Shown here: one piece after another, positions 62,367 to 64,000 of the stretch | Numbering within the stretch: position 1 is the first letter of the stretch | Layout: each line of letters starts with the position of its first letter | Assembly: GCF_021869535.1 (NCBI RefSeq) | Contig: NW_026262701.1 | Coordinates: forward strand, 118,110,001 to 118,174,000 | Reading direction: 5' to 3' | Length of the DNA: 64,000 nt | Origin: Mytilus californianus | Lineage: Eukaryota | Notes under the pieces: model-generated | Told to the model about the DNA's origin: nothing | Seen by the model: only the letters and a program-made list of their open reading frames with translations | Databases searched by the model: none | Translations under genes and position numbers: made by a program

Positions 62367-62607
62367 TTGATGATCTATGCATAGAAGGATTTTATATTTA
62401 ATTTTCGTAAGGTGTTTTTAAACATGATTTGTATTTATAAAGTTACAGTTTAAAGTAAATTTCATGGCTTTGTAACTAGAAGTAGTGACATGTATGTTTT
62501 CAGTTGATTTGTGGTGTGTCACCCCCTATAAATCATGAATTCAAGATTATTTAGAGGTTAAAGTAAATGAACTTGTCGATTTATTATTTAATGTCAGTAT
62601 TCATAAG

Positions 62608-62613
62608 AATAAA
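62608..62613 (+). terminator. Candidate polyadenylation signal for TMEM143
   Basis: AATAAA about 240 nt after the stop. Motif only. Confidence 0.4.
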
Positions 62614-64000
62614 GTGAACAAAAATGCATGATGTTATTCAAATATTTACTACTTAACATATCAAACACATTTGAAATTACTTCCAGCTTATATGAAACAA
62701 AAGGAGTCTCAGTGAGATAGCCAAGTTTGTTAATAAACAAACCAAAAATTGACATAGTTCAACAGTGAGTCATGTTATAAGAATGTAACAAAATGTCAAT
62801 ATGTTAATCTCATATTCACTCCAATTTTTGACAGCATGTTTCGTATTTGGAGGTAAATATCTTTTTGAGTTAAGTTATTTATGTATGTCAGTAGAAGAGA
62901 CTCCCGCTTTGTTCCTATGAATTCTAAACTTTCAATTGCAATTACAGAAAAATCAGATTCAGAATTACTTGTATTTTTTCATAGGATACATTTTTTTCTA
63001 ATGACTAAAGTGCTTAGTTACTGAAAATAACTAAAGTCTTGGGAGTGTTTCTGAATAAAAGGTAATCTGTTTTATAACTTTTCCCAACTTTAATGTCTTC
63101 CAATTTGATAATATACTGTTTTTGTCCTCTGTAACATCCAGTACTTTAAATAAGGCTAATGTCCTCGGCAAATCCTGAAATAAAGAGGATTTTATTTTAA
63201 CAAAAAGAGTCAAAACACTATTCAAAGCAAATAATATTATTTCTTAATTTCAAATTTTCAGTATACTGTGGATTTTAGTATTATTCATTGGATGTCAATT
63301 TTCTTGGATACAGGTGAGCAAAAAATTTAAATGTTCAACCAAGTATCAACAGTCCTCGAAATGAGTACAGGAATGACAGGACATGTCCTGTATAAATGTA
63401 TTCGGTCCTGTCGATTTTTATTAATTTTGTAATACATTCCTAAGAAAAATTTGAAGAATCATCAATTCGGTCTTGTAAATGCCAAACCCCAATTTCTATG
63501 ACTGTACCAATTTTCTATAGGCTTGTGTGCAGACTTTGGCAAACCACAAAATACAACATCCATGAAAATACAATTTTATCCTAGTTCAGGAAAATTGGTA
63601 CCCAGGAAAAGAAATTAATCTACAGCTATATAAAAATTTTAAGGGGAAAGAACATTAAGTTTTGCAATTCCTTCATCTGATATATAGGTTTGTAGGTTGT
63701 ATTAAAAATGAAGGGTCATTAAAAATGAAATTCTTATATGTAGGTTGGATATCACTGAGAGCATGATATAATCATAAATGTTTATTTATATAAATATAAT
63801 AAAAGACATTAAAAGTGCTTTGATCTTTTACTGTTTATATCTTATTTTTGGGTACTGTTATAATGGGGAATATTTTGCTCACTAAATACAACCACCTCCC
63901 CAATATACGTACAGTCAGATTAAGAGAGTCAAAAACTACTACCTAAAAAATCAACAAAACAATGCTGTTTTCAAAACCATGTGACTTTATATTATTGTTA

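Overview
AT-rich, intron-rich animal genomic DNA. The repeat families resemble those I recall from bivalves (Mytilus-like); this is an inference. I reconstructed two complete spliced genes by hand, arranged head-to-head with only 123 bp between their start codons: GINS2/PSF2 (minus strand, 5 exons, 183 aa) and TMEM143 (plus strand, 6 exons, about 518 aa). The first coding exon of a probable SLC12/KCC-type cotransporter lies at 3265-3388 (minus) and the gene runs off the left edge. An unidentified plus-strand gene has a 740-nt terminal exon (17854-18593) and two phase-compatible candidate first exons. The rest is dense with transposon-derived DNA: CACTA-, MULE-, hAT- and Kolobok-like elements, MITEs, Helentron/HINE-like elements with internal tandem arrays, LINE and SINE fragments, and minisatellites. 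The main highlights are: (1) a decayed Ty3/Gypsy element whose env-position ORF has a splice acceptor, a histone-H3-tail-like N-terminus, zinc fingers and an NLS, followed by a Deu/Nin-like pseudoknot; (2) a 50-bp minisatellite built from the GINS2 exon 3 donor site; (3) an exact 205-bp local templated insertion; and (4) a 9-bp-TSD MULE-like element carrying scrambled LINE cargo. All coordinates were read by eye and no database searches were run.
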